Source: Carcharhinus longimanus
Taxonomy: Eukaryota
Direction: 5' to 3'
Length of the DNA stretch: 64,000 nucleotides
Assembly: GCA_030264375.1 (NCBI GenBank)
Contig: JASCQW010000150.1
Span: forward strand, 24,832,142 to 24,896,141
The notes under the pieces were generated by a model. The model was given only the letters and a program-made list of their open reading frames with translations. It searched no databases and was not told where the DNA came from. Position numbers and translations under genes: made by a program. Below, one piece after another: positions 47,839 through 60,008 of the stretch; within the stretch, counting starts at the first letter, position 1; every line of letters starts with the position of its first letter.

Positions 47839-48208
47839 GTGAGCGCCTGCGTGGATGCATTTGCAAATAGATTTTTAGATTTGACACAGCTCTGTCAACG
47901 CTGGATGTCACATTTTCCCATCCAGTGACACTGGCCAGAAAGTGGATTTGTGCACACACAGAGTGAGGAGAAGATTATTTTCAGGTCCACTCTGCTTCCA
48001 CAGTCTCCTGGTATTGTCTGATGCGTTGAGAATTGATGACATGTCAGAGGTGATCCAGTGCCTTTGGGTCCCATATCCAACAAAGAGCCAACACCTTTAG
48101 CAGAGATGTAGAGATTAACAGTTGTTCTCTGCCCTGCTCTGGTTAACTATAATCTAAATGTTGGCAAAACGAATCTCTCCTGAAGTTTCTGTAAATGTTC
48201 CATTGCAG

Positions 48209-48315
48209 TGTTTTGGGCTTTTGGGCATCAACGGAGCTGGGAAAACGTCCACCTTTAAGATGCTGACAGGCGACACTGAGGTCAGCAGTGGAGAGGCCTT
48301 CCTTGATGGATATAG
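48209..48315 (+). CDS. ABCA7: ABCA1/7-like exon (107 bp), NBD2 Walker A
   Basis: tgcag|TGT...TATAG|gtacaa; [36 protein letters not shown]. Confidence 0.96.
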
Positions 48316-48749
48316 GTACAAATTCCTTTCTACATGATTATTTGGTGAGTCATAGAGGTTTACAGCATGGAACCAGGCCCTTCAGTCCAACTTGTCCATG
48401 CCGTCCTGAGAATTAAACTGCTTACCCTGATGGTTTCAAAACCGTAGCCATTGATGATATCCAATCCCACACCCTGGGATTTCTAACTATTATTTGCCAG
48501 CCTGTCCTGTTTGATATTCATGGGACTGGAGGTTTGGAGGATTCTGGTTTTAGCAATGCNNNNNNNNNNNNNNNNNNNNNNNNNNNNNNNNNNNNNNNNN
48601 NNNNNNNNNNNNNNNNNNNNNNNNNNNNNNNNNNNNNNNNNNNNNNNNNNNNNNNNNNNNNNNNNNNNNNNNNNNNNNNNNNNNNNNNNNNNNNNNNNNN
48701 NNNNNNNNNGCTTATTTACTTCAATTCCTAAATTTCTTTCTTCTCTTAG

Positions 48750-48891
48750 CATTCTGTCTAACATCCAGGATGTCCACCAGAACATGGGATATTGCCCACA
48801 GTTTGATGCCATCAACAAATTGTTGACAGGGAGGGAACATGTGGAGTTTTACTCGCGGCTGCGTGGCATTCCTGAACACGAGGTTGCTAAA
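48750..48891 (+). CDS. ABCA7: ABCA1/7-like exon (142 bp), NBD2 Q-loop
   Basis: cttag|C...AAA|gtaagt; [47 protein letters not shown]. Confidence 0.96.
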
Positions 48892-49602
48892 GTAAGTTGA
48901 TTTTTTTTTTTACACGGAATGAACCAAAGTCATGTGGCCATTTGTACTGCAGGCCAGAGAGTGATTTTGACTGAGCCCAGAGTAAATCTCCTGTGCACCA
49001 CCATTTACTCTTAAATAATATCACTGTTTCAAATCCTAAATGGATAACTGAGCAGGAGGAGTGGTTTGCTTTTACACTGGACTTACTGGACTTATTCTTT
49101 CCCTTCTCCTTTTGTCAATGCTTCAATGGTTTTTGCTCATCAGAACTTTCTATTCTGTTTCTTAAGATCCTCCTTACACACACTCCCTCTTCCCCCTGTC
49201 CTTCCTTGTTTAAAACCGGATTAACATCTCCTGTCCTAAACCATTCCTTCCAAAGACCAGAAACCTGTCACATTTCTTACCTCCCTCATTCCTCCCACCC
49301 GTAAGCAATCTGAAGGCTTTTGTAACACAGCCTGGAATCACTGGAAGAAGCTACTCCGTTTAGTTAGTTGCAGTGGGATATTCAAACCTTCATCCTGATA
49401 ACCCCAGCCGCTGCCCTGCGTGGTGGGACTGGGCACCCCCCCAGCTGTCGCCCTGCGCGGTGGGACTGGGCACCCTCCCTAGCTGGCGCCACAAGATGCA
49501 CTTTCAAATAATGTCTTCATCACCACCTGACGTGCTGCATTTTCTTTTGATGGAAGAAGAATTTGCCTGCAATTTCCCTTCAGACCTGGGGTTGTTTTGT
49601 AG

Positions 49603-49737
49603 GTCACTGAATGGGCCGTGAAGAAGCTGGGACTCTCGCGCTACGCAGACCGACCCTCTGGGACGTACAGCGGTGGCAACAAGCGGAAATTGTCGACGGC
49701 CATCGCACTGATTGGATGCCCACCGGTCATTTTCCTG
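49603..49737 (+). CDS. ABCA7: ABCA1/7-like exon (135 bp), NBD2 signature motif
   Basis: tgtag|GTC...CTG|gttagt; [45 protein letters not shown]. Confidence 0.96.
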
Positions 49738-50381
49738 GTTAGTCAGCGTGTGATCCACGAGTAACAAAGGCAATGGCTGGGAATTTTCTCCGAGTTATTC
49801 CTGCTCCATCAGCAGAAATCCCATTTGGATGCATGTGTGGGATTTCTGCCGCATCTACATGGATGTTATGGTAACAAGTGGGAGAAAGCCCAAGGAATTT
49901 CCAGGTTATTTATGAATGGAATGAGTAAACTGCTGAAGGTTCAGGAAGTTTCAATAAAAGATGATTATAAGTGTTGTTGCTGAGGATTAGTCCCATTGCA
50001 TGGTACATAGTGATCCAGGGTGATAGACACCGGCATATTCCAGGCTCAATCCTTCCTCTGCTCAGAATTGACTGATTTGAGGTTGTCAATTGGAGCAATC
50101 CAAATTGCATCGGGGAGGGGATTGAAAACCAGTCCGGGTTCCGATCAAAGACTGGAAAGGTTGTGTAGCTGAGGAGAGGACCAGGCTCAGCTGTGAGTTC
50201 CTCATAGTTGCCAGTCCACCAGCACCCACTACCCAGTTTCTTGAGCTAGTGCCACGTGACTACAGAATCGTTCCCAGTGAGGGTGACTAACTTCAAGGCA
50301 AGATAGTGGGAAGCTGGCGGTGGGGAGGAAGAACGATATTGTGACCAAAGGACTATTAGTTATTCTTGTCTTCATTGACAG

Positions 50382-50485
50382 GATGAACCTACAACGGGAA
50401 TGGATCCCAAGGCCAGGCGGTTCCTCTGGAATTGCATCCTGAGTGTGATCAAAGAAGGGCGATCGGTGGTACTCACCTCACACAG
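50382..50485 (+). CDS. ABCA7: ABCA1/7-like exon (104 bp), NBD2 Walker B, D-loop and H-loop
   Basis: gacag|GAT...CACAG|gttagc; [35 protein letters not shown]. Confidence 0.96.
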
Positions 50486-51261
50486 GTTAGCAGGCACTAA
50501 TTGCAGTTTCCAGTGGAAACAAATTCTTTACAAAAATGCATGTTTCCAGGTCTGCATGCAACACACCCTAAAATGAAAGGTGCATTGTCAGCTGTGTGTG
50601 TTTAGTTTGAGAAGTCCAATTGCACTGAGTGGAAATGATTTAGATTGAAATTGTATACCTGGAAATTCCACTCTCCCGCTCCTCCTGTCTGTGCTGACTT
50701 GCACTGACTCCTAGTTCCCCAATGTCTCTAATTAAAATAATTTGTGTCCTCCTGTTACAGTCTCTTCTTGGTCTTGCCCATCCCAATCTCTAACCTCCTC
50801 CAGTTCTACAATCCATTAAGATCTCTGCATTCCACAGATTTACCTCTTTGTCCACTGTCTCAACCATTACTGATCATGTCTTCAATTGTCAGCTGGGGGA
50901 AGGGGGGGGGAGTGGTGGGGGGGGCGGGAGTGGTGGTCATTGGTGGAGATCGCACCAGTGACCCAAAGGCTGCCCCTGCAGCCATTGACATTAAGAACAG
51001 AGTTAAGGAGAGATTTCAACCCCATCGTGGGATGTCAGCAGTTCTAAACATCCCTGTTTAAACCTCTGTTTCTTTGCATCTCTCTTCCTTTTTACCCTCT
51101 TTAAAACCCTTTTTGACCAAATTTTTAGCCAACCCTCCTATTATCCCCATCATTGGCTCAATGTCAGCCATTGTCTGATTGGAATACAGTGAAGTACTTT
51201 GGAGTATTTTTCCCTCATTGAAGGTGCTGTGTCGACACAGGTTCGATAGGCGGGTGGGGTC

Positions 51262-51366
51262 TCAGCAAAAACAGAAAATGCTGGAAAATCTCAGCAGGTC
51301 TGACGGCATCTGTGGCGATAGAACAGAACCAATGTTTTGAGTCTGGCTGACCGTTTGTCGAAGCTC
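51262..51366 (-). mobile_element. Penelope-like terminal fragment (decayed hammerhead)
   Basis: aaaacagaaaatgctggaaaatctcagcaggtctgacggcatctgtgg...; homologous to 30890-31010. Confidence 0.65.
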
Positions 51367-51633
51367 AGCATCTGGCCATGCTGGGTGGGGTGGGGTGATT
51401 CCACTCGGGTAGAGGAGAGCGGTTGAACAAAATAGAACGTTGAAGAAAAATATTTTAAAAAGGAGAAGAGGAAACAGAAAACTTAAGTCGATTTTATTTT
51501 TTGTTGAGAAAGGCATTGATTTTGGGGATCTGATTGATCCATGCTAACCACATAATAGTGTAATCCAATCAGATCATTATAAGCACAAGAGTTTTATTAG
51601 AGCGCGATCAGTTTTGACCATTTTGGATGATAG

Positions 51634-51804
<171 letters not shown>

Positions 51805-52494
51805 TAACACCAAATCAAACTCTGATTCCAGCTACAATGCCAGCATTTCCATTGTGTACCTTTGACACAAACAGAATATTGGGAGCTGTATTAATATTCT
51901 CCTCTTCCACTTGGATAATGCAACCTTTGGACAATTCATAGCGAATCCTTTCTAACTCCTTGAATAGTAAATTCTTTCTGTAAATCACTATCTGAAGAAG
52001 TTGCGTGAGGCTGTTACATCAGTCTATTGAAATCATCAGGGGCATCAAATAAAGCAACCACTTTTAAAGCTTTATTAACCTTTGGGCTGGCCCCTGTTGA
52101 GGGGAATATCAGTTTAGTTAAGCTGTAAGTATTTATTGAAAGTTGTTGGCGTCACAGTGTTGAAGAAAACACTGGTCTCTGCAACAATTACAGTGATGCT
52201 CCTGGTACTTGAATTACAATTACGGTAACATTAGTGTTTGTTTTGCTGTCACTGTCCATTTGGTTATCTGGACTCCTTGATTGGAATAGTGTTATGCAAT
52301 TCACTGCCAGCGACTCCACATCTCCCACACCGTTAGAACGGTGAGAGCAGGAGAAATCGCTTTTTAAAATGATCTTGATGGTGCTGGCCCCGACATGTCG
52401 AACCCACTTACCGTTAGCTTGCCTGAATTGGCAGCACTCTCCCTGGAGCAGGAAGATTTGTGGGATCGTTATCACACTCCAACATCGGGTCTGC

Positions 52495-52800
52495 ACTGCC
52501 GCTGAAGTGCAGTACTGAGGGAGTGCAGCATTAATGAATAAAACGAACCAAAGCCCCAGTCACGTTCAGGTGCATGTTAAGCATTCCAGGGCACAAGTCT
52601 GAGATTAACAGTTGTTCAGCACCATGGTCAGTACTGTAACCTGGTCTTCTGTTACATCGCTGTTTGTTGGGCCTCGCTGTGCACAATATGGCTGCTTTCT
52701 GTGTCAACATCAGAAACCTCTTCAAAGCAATTTGTTCTTTAGGAACCATGTTTGGGATGTTTTTCAGAGATAGAATGCAGCAAATAAATGTGGGTTCTAT
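52495..52800 (+). mobile_element. Degenerate Deu-domain SINE
   Basis: gtgcagtactgagggagtgcagca...gctgtttgttgggcctcgctgtgcacaatatggctgc. Confidence 0.55.
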
Positions 52801-53169
52801 TCTCTCAAATGTCCTACTGAGCCAGTGCCCAATCATCAACCTTTTTCAACATTTCTAAACTTTGTTTTCTGTTGGGGATATTTTTGTGCAAACATTTTAT
52901 TTTTCTCTGCTCCTCTGACCTGATACCTCTGTAACCAAGGGGATGAGTACACACCCCACAGCCTTTCTCCACCACCACCCCCACCCTTGCATGTTTCTTG
53001 CAGTGGGAGGCAGCCCACCTTTGGTTGGCAGCGGGATCTTGGTCTCACCAGTGTCAGTGGGATTTCCCATGGAATCCAGCGGTAAGCACACGGCGAGGAA
53101 ACCCATCAGCGGGACTGGAGGATTCCACATGTCCTCTCTATTGAATCTCTAGCACATTATTGTTGATGG

Positions 53170-53512
53170 GGGGTGGCAGTGGCATTGTGGTCATCCAGAG
53201 ACCCAGGGTAATGCTCTAATGTTCAAATCTGACCATGACAGATGGTGAAATTTGATATCAATAAAATTCTGGAATCAAAGTCGTGGCTGTGAAACAATTG
53301 TCAAAAAAACCCATCTGAATCACTGATGTCCTTTTGGGGAAGGAAATCTGCCAACCTTACCTGGCCTGGCCTACATGGACTTCAGAGCCACAGCAATGTA
53401 AATGCCCTCTGCAATGGCCTAACAAAGCACTCAGTTCAAAGACAATTAGGGATGGATAACAAATGCTGGCCAGACAGCGACGGCACATATATGCCGTGAA
53501 TAAATAATAAAA
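53170..53512 (+). mobile_element. Second-family tRNA SINE
   Basis: ggtggcagtggcattgtgg..atccagagacccagggtaatgctc...ggaaggaaatctgcc..ctggcctacat...gaataaataataaaa. Confidence 0.75.
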
Positions 53513-53776
53513 AGTAATTGTTGCATCATGATACACCTCAGGCGGGGCGGGGGGGGGGGGGGGGGNNNNNNNNNNNNNNNNNNNNNNNNNNNNNNNNNNN
53601 NNNNNNNNNNNNNNNNNNNNNNNNNNNNNNNNNNNNNNNNNNNNNNNNNNNNNNNNNNNNNNNNNNNNNNNNNNCTCGTCTTTTCTTCTCCCCCCTCACC
53701 TCGTGGTCTCCCTTCTTTCTCCTCTACCCCCACCCTTCCCCTACCAATAACCTGTTATTCTGCACTTTGCCTTTAG

Positions 53777-54020
53777 GTTTGGAGATGGTTACACCATTAT
53801 CCTGAGGATGGATAGTTCTACGCCGGACTGCTGTCCTGTCGAGGAGTTCATGATGTTCACATTCCCAGGCTGTGTACTGAAGGAGAAACACCACAGCATG
53901 CTCCAGTACCAGATACCAACCGGCTGCTGCTCCCTGGCCAAAATCTTCAGCGCCCTCACGACCAACAAAGAAAACCTGAAGATCGAAGACTATTCTGTGT
54001 CTCAAACCACCTTAGATCAA
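53777..54020 (+). CDS. ABCA7: ABCA1/7-like exon (244 bp), regulatory domain R2
   Basis: tttag|G...CAA|gtaaga; FGDGYTIILRMDSSTPDCCPVEEFMMFTFPGCVLKEKHHSMLQYQIPTGCCSLAKIFSALTTNKENLKIEDYSVSQTTLDQ. Confidence 0.96.
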
Positions 54021-54695
54021 GTAAGAATTCATGTGCTCGATACACCAGGGTGACATTACACTGTGGTTCCTAGAGCAGGGTGGGCACTTTGCTGGCTGAC
54101 TCACCTGGGCACACTGCCAACTCCCAACTTTGGTTCCAGACCAGGAAAGGCCAACCCTGGATGTGTACATAATTATGATTACCAGTGTCCACTTTTAAAT
54201 TCAACTCTTGCTAAACATTGTAAAGATTCAATGTATTTATTTAAATAGTTTCCAGGATGGTCATGATAATATTTGTATCAGTTCCAGTTATATGGCAGTG
54301 GGCTCCTAGCCCTGGAGGTGTAAGGACGCCCATTGGGTTGGCTGGTCAATGGAAATTACCTCCTGATCACCGGCCTGTCCACCAATTGCTGCTGGTAGGC
54401 TCAGAGCCACTGAGAAGGCAAGAGCCTTCCTATCACTGCCTTGTGCCCCTCAATCCACCACCATCCCCACCAGTTTGTTCTGCTTTCTTTCCTGGTCATT
54501 CCCACCGCTTTCCCATTATCACGGCATCGAGTGGGATCACCAAACTACACAGTGCCATTGAGGTGGCGGAGCTGTGGCTCACATCAAGTTTGTTTCTGCA
54601 GTGTGGCAAGTGGAAATAAAGGATCAGCTCTTGTGGGTATGATTGGCTTAATGAGAAAAATATTTGACTTAATATTGAATAGGCAGCTTTATTGC

Positions 54696-56240
54696 TGGCC
54701 GGAATTCTCCCCCAAAAATTCTAAGTGCCAAAATCGCATGAAAACTGGAGTAAATAACGTTTTTTCAGCGGGAGTTCAGAGAAGAATTTCCCACGCTCTG
54801 TGCACTGCAGAGGTCACTAGCCTGAATATTATTATAAATCAGTGGGGGGGCCTATCCCCGCTGGACCAGCTGTGATTGGCACACTGAGCAGCCCACTGCG
54901 CATGAGCCAATCTAGCAGTGCAAAGATTGGCACATGTATAGTGGCCCCACACTGCTGGCCTCCCGATTGCTGGCCAACTTGATCCTACCCCCATCTCCCT
55001 CCGCCCCTTGGTATTGCTCCATGCATGATGGGCAGTGTCAAGGTGCCCCTGGGCTTTGATAGTTTGCCACTTAGGCAGTGCCAGGGACACATCTTGGCAC
55101 TGCCATGCCAATGCTCAGGGGGCATCCCTTGGCCGCCCGACCGTCTGGGGGATCCTGATTGCCCCCTCTTCACTCCAGTGGGGTCAGGCCACTCACTCCC
55201 CAAAAGTTGGGAGCTATAGTAATCTCTGCTGGAATGAAATATTACTAGTGGATGGGCAGAGAGAGGTTAGCGAGCCCAGAGAATTCAGTCCCAGGCCCAC
55301 TAATGGCATTGAAATTAACACTCGCATAATATATACGGATTGGCGATTGGTGACTAGTGGAGTGCCCCAGGGGTCGGTGCTGGGGCCTCAGCTATTTACC
55401 ATTTATATAGATGATCTGGAGNNNNNNNNNNNNNNNNNNNNNNNNNNNNNNNNNNNNNNNNNNNNNNNNNNNNNNNNNNNNNNNNNNNNNNNNNNNNNNN
55501 NNNNNNNNNNNNNNNNNNNNNGACAGATCAGCCATGATCTTATTGAATGGCGGGGCAGGCTCGAAGGGCCGGATGGCCTACTCCTGCTCCTATTTCTTCT
55601 GTTCTTATGTTCTTATATACAGCTCCCCACCAATTTCCGTTGTGAATGTGATGCTGCTGGGAATCTGGCGCTGGAAGATGCCATCAGGGCGGGAATGTAC
55701 GCGGTCCACTGCAGTAAAAAATTAATGCAGTGAGATGGGAGAATTGTCTTCTCTGTTTCATGACTTAGATATGACTAACTGAACTATGCAGGTCAGGAAG
55801 ATCCCAGCTTCCCATCTTGGCTCGAGAGTGCATGGGTCCAGCAGCGCAGTGCTGACCATAGAGACCAGCTTGGCTTGGAGATGGAATGTGGAACAGGTCT
55901 GCCCCAGCAGAGTGACGCACAGAGCACCCAGAGCAATGATGCACTAATCTCAGTCTCTGGCGAACTGAGGGACCTCTTGTACACGTCATTATCAGCAATA
56001 GGGATTGACAATGATGCAACTTCCCGCTGGCACGAAGCAAGATTGAAAGGCTGAATGGGGGTGCCAGTTGGCAGCTGTTTTAATGAGCATTCAAGCGATG
56101 CATTTGTGCCCCCTGCCAGTGGGAAGACTGACCCGCCATTGCAATGTAATTTTACACCCACGGTTTTCTGATTTCATGGCTCCACAAGATTCGCCGCCTG
56201 CCACCAAACCTGCCGTGGGCTAGTTGGGAACATTCTGCCC
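54696..56240 (+). mobile_element. Harbinger-like non-autonomous element(s) interrupted by a CR1 insertion
   Basis: Ends ggccggaattctccc / gggaacattctgccc; 5' part homologous to 32990-33552. Confidence 0.55.
55337..55613 (+). mobile_element. Young 5'-truncated CR1 LINE, interior in a gap, with a 7-bp TSD-like repeat (tatatac)
   Basis: RT motif [26 protein letters not shown]; tail ctcctgctcctatttcttctgttcttatgttct; tatatac at 55330-55336 and 55614-55620. Confidence 0.85.
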
Positions 56241-56350
56241 AATATATATTTAAATATGTTACAATATATTTTTAAACATAATTCTAGTTATTGGCCCTAG
56301 GCCTTCCATTTGTGGCTGTTATAACTCTCTCTTCCCTTTTCTCTGTCCAG

Positions 56351-56491
56351 GTATTTGTCAATTTTGCCAAGGACCAAAGTGAAGATGACTATTTGAAGGA
56401 AATTTTCACACATGGACCGCAATATAAGGACACTGTAAAACGCATCACAAACTTTTTAGCAGATGACAATATGAGGGAGAGTTCAGTATGA
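56351..56491 (+). CDS. ABCA7: ABCA1/7-like terminal coding exon with stop codon
   Basis: tccag|GTA...GTA TGA; VFVNFAKDQSEDDYLKEIFTHGPQYKDTVKRITNFLADDNMRESSV*. Confidence 0.96.
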   Translation, partial: VFVNFAKDQSEDDYLKEIFTHGPQYKDTVKRITNFLADDNMRESSV

Positions 56492-57438
56492 TCCGGCTAC
56501 AAGTGAAACCACTTCCTGTCTGAAATACAAATTGAAGATTTCGAATGCAGTGAGTTGAGGGTTGGAACAAGACTGAGCTACCTGTCACTGGACTGTCAAT
56601 GACCCATCTTCTCAACTATAAATCTCCCTTCTCTTCCCCCAACACCCCACCTCCCCCCCCCCAGCCAACCATCCCCATTTCCAAGTTACCTTTAATCAAC
56701 TTCAGACAAAAAGAAAACTTTTATTCCTAACCTTGCACCTTTCTCGATTTTTATGAACGAGGGTTCAAATGTACAAACTGATCTTATTTATATTTTCTTT
56801 CTACCCTTTTCGTACTTCCGTTTTTTTTAGCTCTTGCAGCTGAAGATTATCTGGCACTTTTGTCCTGGACTTTTCTGAAACAGAAAATAATATGAATATC
56901 ATGTCAATACAATGCAGTAAACCTCCACTCAATCCCAGCCTAGTGATTCTGCGCTGTCCCAATGACACAGTGCTTTGCTTGTTTGATGACGAGAGGTGGT
57001 ATTCTGCTCGGTTTAGAGAGAGAGGGAGGAATCTAAAGGCTGCACAAGGTGAGGGTTAAGGAAGGATCATCACGCCTGTCACCCTGCTCCACCTGATGTT
57101 GGGAGGTCCCTGAAAGCTCCTTATCTGAACTGCCAAAAGCTGAATTGCAGGAGTTGGCCTCATCGATGTGGCGTCCCTCCCTATTCTCTACACCCTGTCC
57201 CAAAATCAGGATGTTGTTCAATTCTTTGTGCATCTAATTTTCTTGCATCCAGTGTAACCCAACCAGGACAGCATCTACACTAAACAGAACTTAGCCGTAG
57301 CTTTCACGTCAGGAAGTTATGCATTCACTTCCCAATCCAAGGACACAGGCTTTACAACTTTTGCTCTACTTAGATATAGTATTCTTTTTTTTTTGTTTTG
57401 AAGCAATAAGCAAATTAATTCTATCTCTTAAATTAACA

Positions 57439-57444
57439 AATAAA
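57439..57444 (+). promoter_or_regulatory. Candidate polyadenylation signal (AATAAA) about 950 nt after the stop
   Basis: First AATAAA I found after the stop, preceded by a T-rich tract. No transcript evidence, and later AATAAA motifs exist. Confidence 0.35.
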
Positions 57445-57529
57445 CTTTTTTAAAGAAAATGCAGTTTACAGTTCAGGTCTAATACATAAGCAGTTTATGA
57501 CTGCTGTAATTCTAACAGCGAGACACAGT

Positions 57530-57657
57530 GGGGTGAATTTTCTCATCCCGCCTGCCATGGGAATCGGAGCGAGCGTGGGGCGGACCGTGGAAAGGTCCGT
57601 TAACCTCGGGTTGGATTTTCTGGTTTCAGGGTGAGCGCAGCTGGAAAATGTCACCCT
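57530..57657. mobile_element. Short MITE (about 130 bp)
   Basis: gggtgaattttc...gaaaatgtcaccc terminal inverted repeat. Confidence 0.65.
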
Positions 57658-58376
57658 CGTGTCATTACATATGGTGTTTAAAATCACTGTGTCTTGTACT
57701 TGTTCCAGCAACTTCTCTGGGTGCACACATTTCACTTCTAGTCCAGGTGTTGATTTGAACTCTGTGTTCCACCTGCAGGATCCGTTTAAAATCATTCCAG
57801 TTTACAACATTGCACTTCCTTCACTCAATGAACTCAGTGTCATTGTGTTAGGGCAGCTCTGAGCACAGGCAGAAAGTAGCCACCTTTTTGCCCCCACCAC
57901 CTATACCCTCCGCATTGACTACTTCTATCGAATGAATGTTCTTCGTGCACCACTCTTATTTGATGTCCTTTTCAGCAGCTGGGCAGACTGAATCCTATTT
58001 AAAGGTGTCTCTTCCCCCTCTTCTCTCCCTCTCCCTCATGCATTAATCGAGGTGAAACCTCAAAACAGATCCTTGTCCAACACCCAAAGCCCAATACTCA
58101 CACATGAGTATTTTCTGAATATATGCATTAAACAGAGAATGGTCAAAAAGAGCAGCAATGGATAGATGACCATTGTTCACGACAAATGTTTTTGTTTATT
58201 CTTGTTGTCGGCCTTAATTTGGGCTTTCCAGAGAAATGGTAGTTTCAATGAGTTGCGTCAGCTACAAGCAATTTGCACTTCTGTTACAAAATCAATGCAA
58301 AAATGTCTGTCTGACTGGGAGATGGGCCATCCATCTCTCTGCCTTACATCCAGGGGTACAAATACAAATCAAAGCC

Positions 58377-58780
58377 TTGCATTTTTATAGCGCTTTTCAT
58401 GACCTCAGGATGTCCCAAAGTGCTTTACAATCAATGGAGTACTTTTGAAGTGTAGTTACTGTTGTAATGTAGGAAACTCAGCAGCCAATTTGTGCACAGT
58501 AAGCTCCCACAAACAGCAATGTGGCAAAATCTGCTTTAAGTGTTGGTAGAGGCATAATTGTTGGCTGGGACTCTAGGAGCACTTCCTGCTGTTCTTCACA
58601 GTGGTGCCATGGATTCCTTTTCACCCACATCTCAAGGGTAGCACCTGGAGCAGGGCGGCACTCCCGAGTACAGCACTGAAGTGTCCCTTTTAAATTAAAT
58701 CTGGAATTCCCGACATGGAACTTAAACTAAAATTTCTGACTCTGCGGCAAGAGTGATATCTGATTGAGCCACACCTGACA
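58377..58780 (-). mobile_element. Near full-length Deu-domain SINE with an L2-type tail
   Basis: ttgcatttttatagcgc...gcagccaatttgtgcacagtaagctcccacaaacagcaatg...gtgccatggattcc...gcggcactcccgagtacagcactg...tgagccac. Confidence 0.7.
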
Positions 58781-59487
58781 TCAGTGTACTTGTGAGAAAA
58801 GGTTTAAGAGTGCCTGGTATTCATTGGTGGTTATGATCTGTGTAGTTACACCCTTGGGCAGCAGCTTCACCCAAAGATGCATATTGTACAATACGTCCCT
58901 TATATATGGCTTTAAGAAAATAACTTTTATATTTAATGAGTGTTTTTAACTGTTAATAGAGTGAAATCCTTTAGGTACCTGAGCATCCAAGATTATTGGC
59001 CCCGTAGCACCTTGTCAGTCATTTATGTTAACACAACATAGACTAATGGATTCAGATAAATACTTAGCTGTGAAGATCTGGTGCAGCTGGCCGGAGGTTT
59101 CCAGGACATTGCAGTTAATATTATTGGCGGTATTATTCTAGGACCCCACCCCTCATCCTGTCAAAAATCTGTAAAGTGGAGCAGTTAAATTAAGGGCAGT
59201 AATTTACCCACTGTCATCCTGCAAGACAGGAAATGTAAAATATGTAGCCAAAGAAGACAGCAGGGTACTGTTTTAAACGCGGCCTGGTTACATCCTGGGC
59301 CCAACTGCAATTTTAACCTGATGTAAGTAGTGATTTCCCCACAAGGTCAAACCCAGCAAGGGTTGCATCAGGGATCAGGAGGGGCTCCAAGGTAAGGAGG
59401 TTTCCTTGTGTGCTTGTGAGGGCAGGAGTGCTGTGATCCATAAGGAAACCACAGGTTCCCTCAGTCCAGAGCTCTCCAAACGCCAAA

Positions 59488-60008
59488 AGGCAGCACAGTG
59501 GTTAGCACTGCTGCCTCACAGCGCCAGGGACCCAGGTTCGATTCCTGGCTTGGGTCACTATGCAGAGTCTACACGGTCTCCCCATGTCTGCACGGATTTC
59601 CTCCGAGTGCTNNNNNNNNNNNNNNNNNNNNNNNNNNNNNNNNNNNNNNNNNNNNNNNNNNNNNNNNNNNNNNNNNNNNNNNNNNNNNNNNNNNNNNNNN
59701 NNNNNNNNNNNGAGCACCCGGAGGAAACCCACGCAGACACGAGGAGAACGTGCAAACTCCACACAGACAGTGACCCGAGCCAGGAATCAAACCCAGTTCC
59801 CTGGCTTGGGTCACTATGCAGAGTCTACACGGTCTCCCCATGTCTGCACGGATTTCCTCCGAGTGCTCTGGTTTCCTCCCACAGTCTGAAAGATGTGGCT
59901 GGTTAGATGCATTGGCCATGCTAAATTCTCCCTAAGTGTACCAGATTTTCACAGTAACTTCATTGCAGTGTTAATATAAGCTTATTTGTGGCACTAATAA
60001 ATAAATTT
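59488..60008 (+). mobile_element. V-SINE, alternative tail, scrambled around a gap
   Basis: Head at 59488; tail gtggcactaataaataaa; an internal segment is duplicated on both sides of the gap. Confidence 0.8.

Noticed and set aside
59545-59870. Duplicated and inverted V-SINE segments around a gap
   Set aside because: Identical sequence on both sides of a 100-N gap inside a high-copy repeat points to an assembly artefact.
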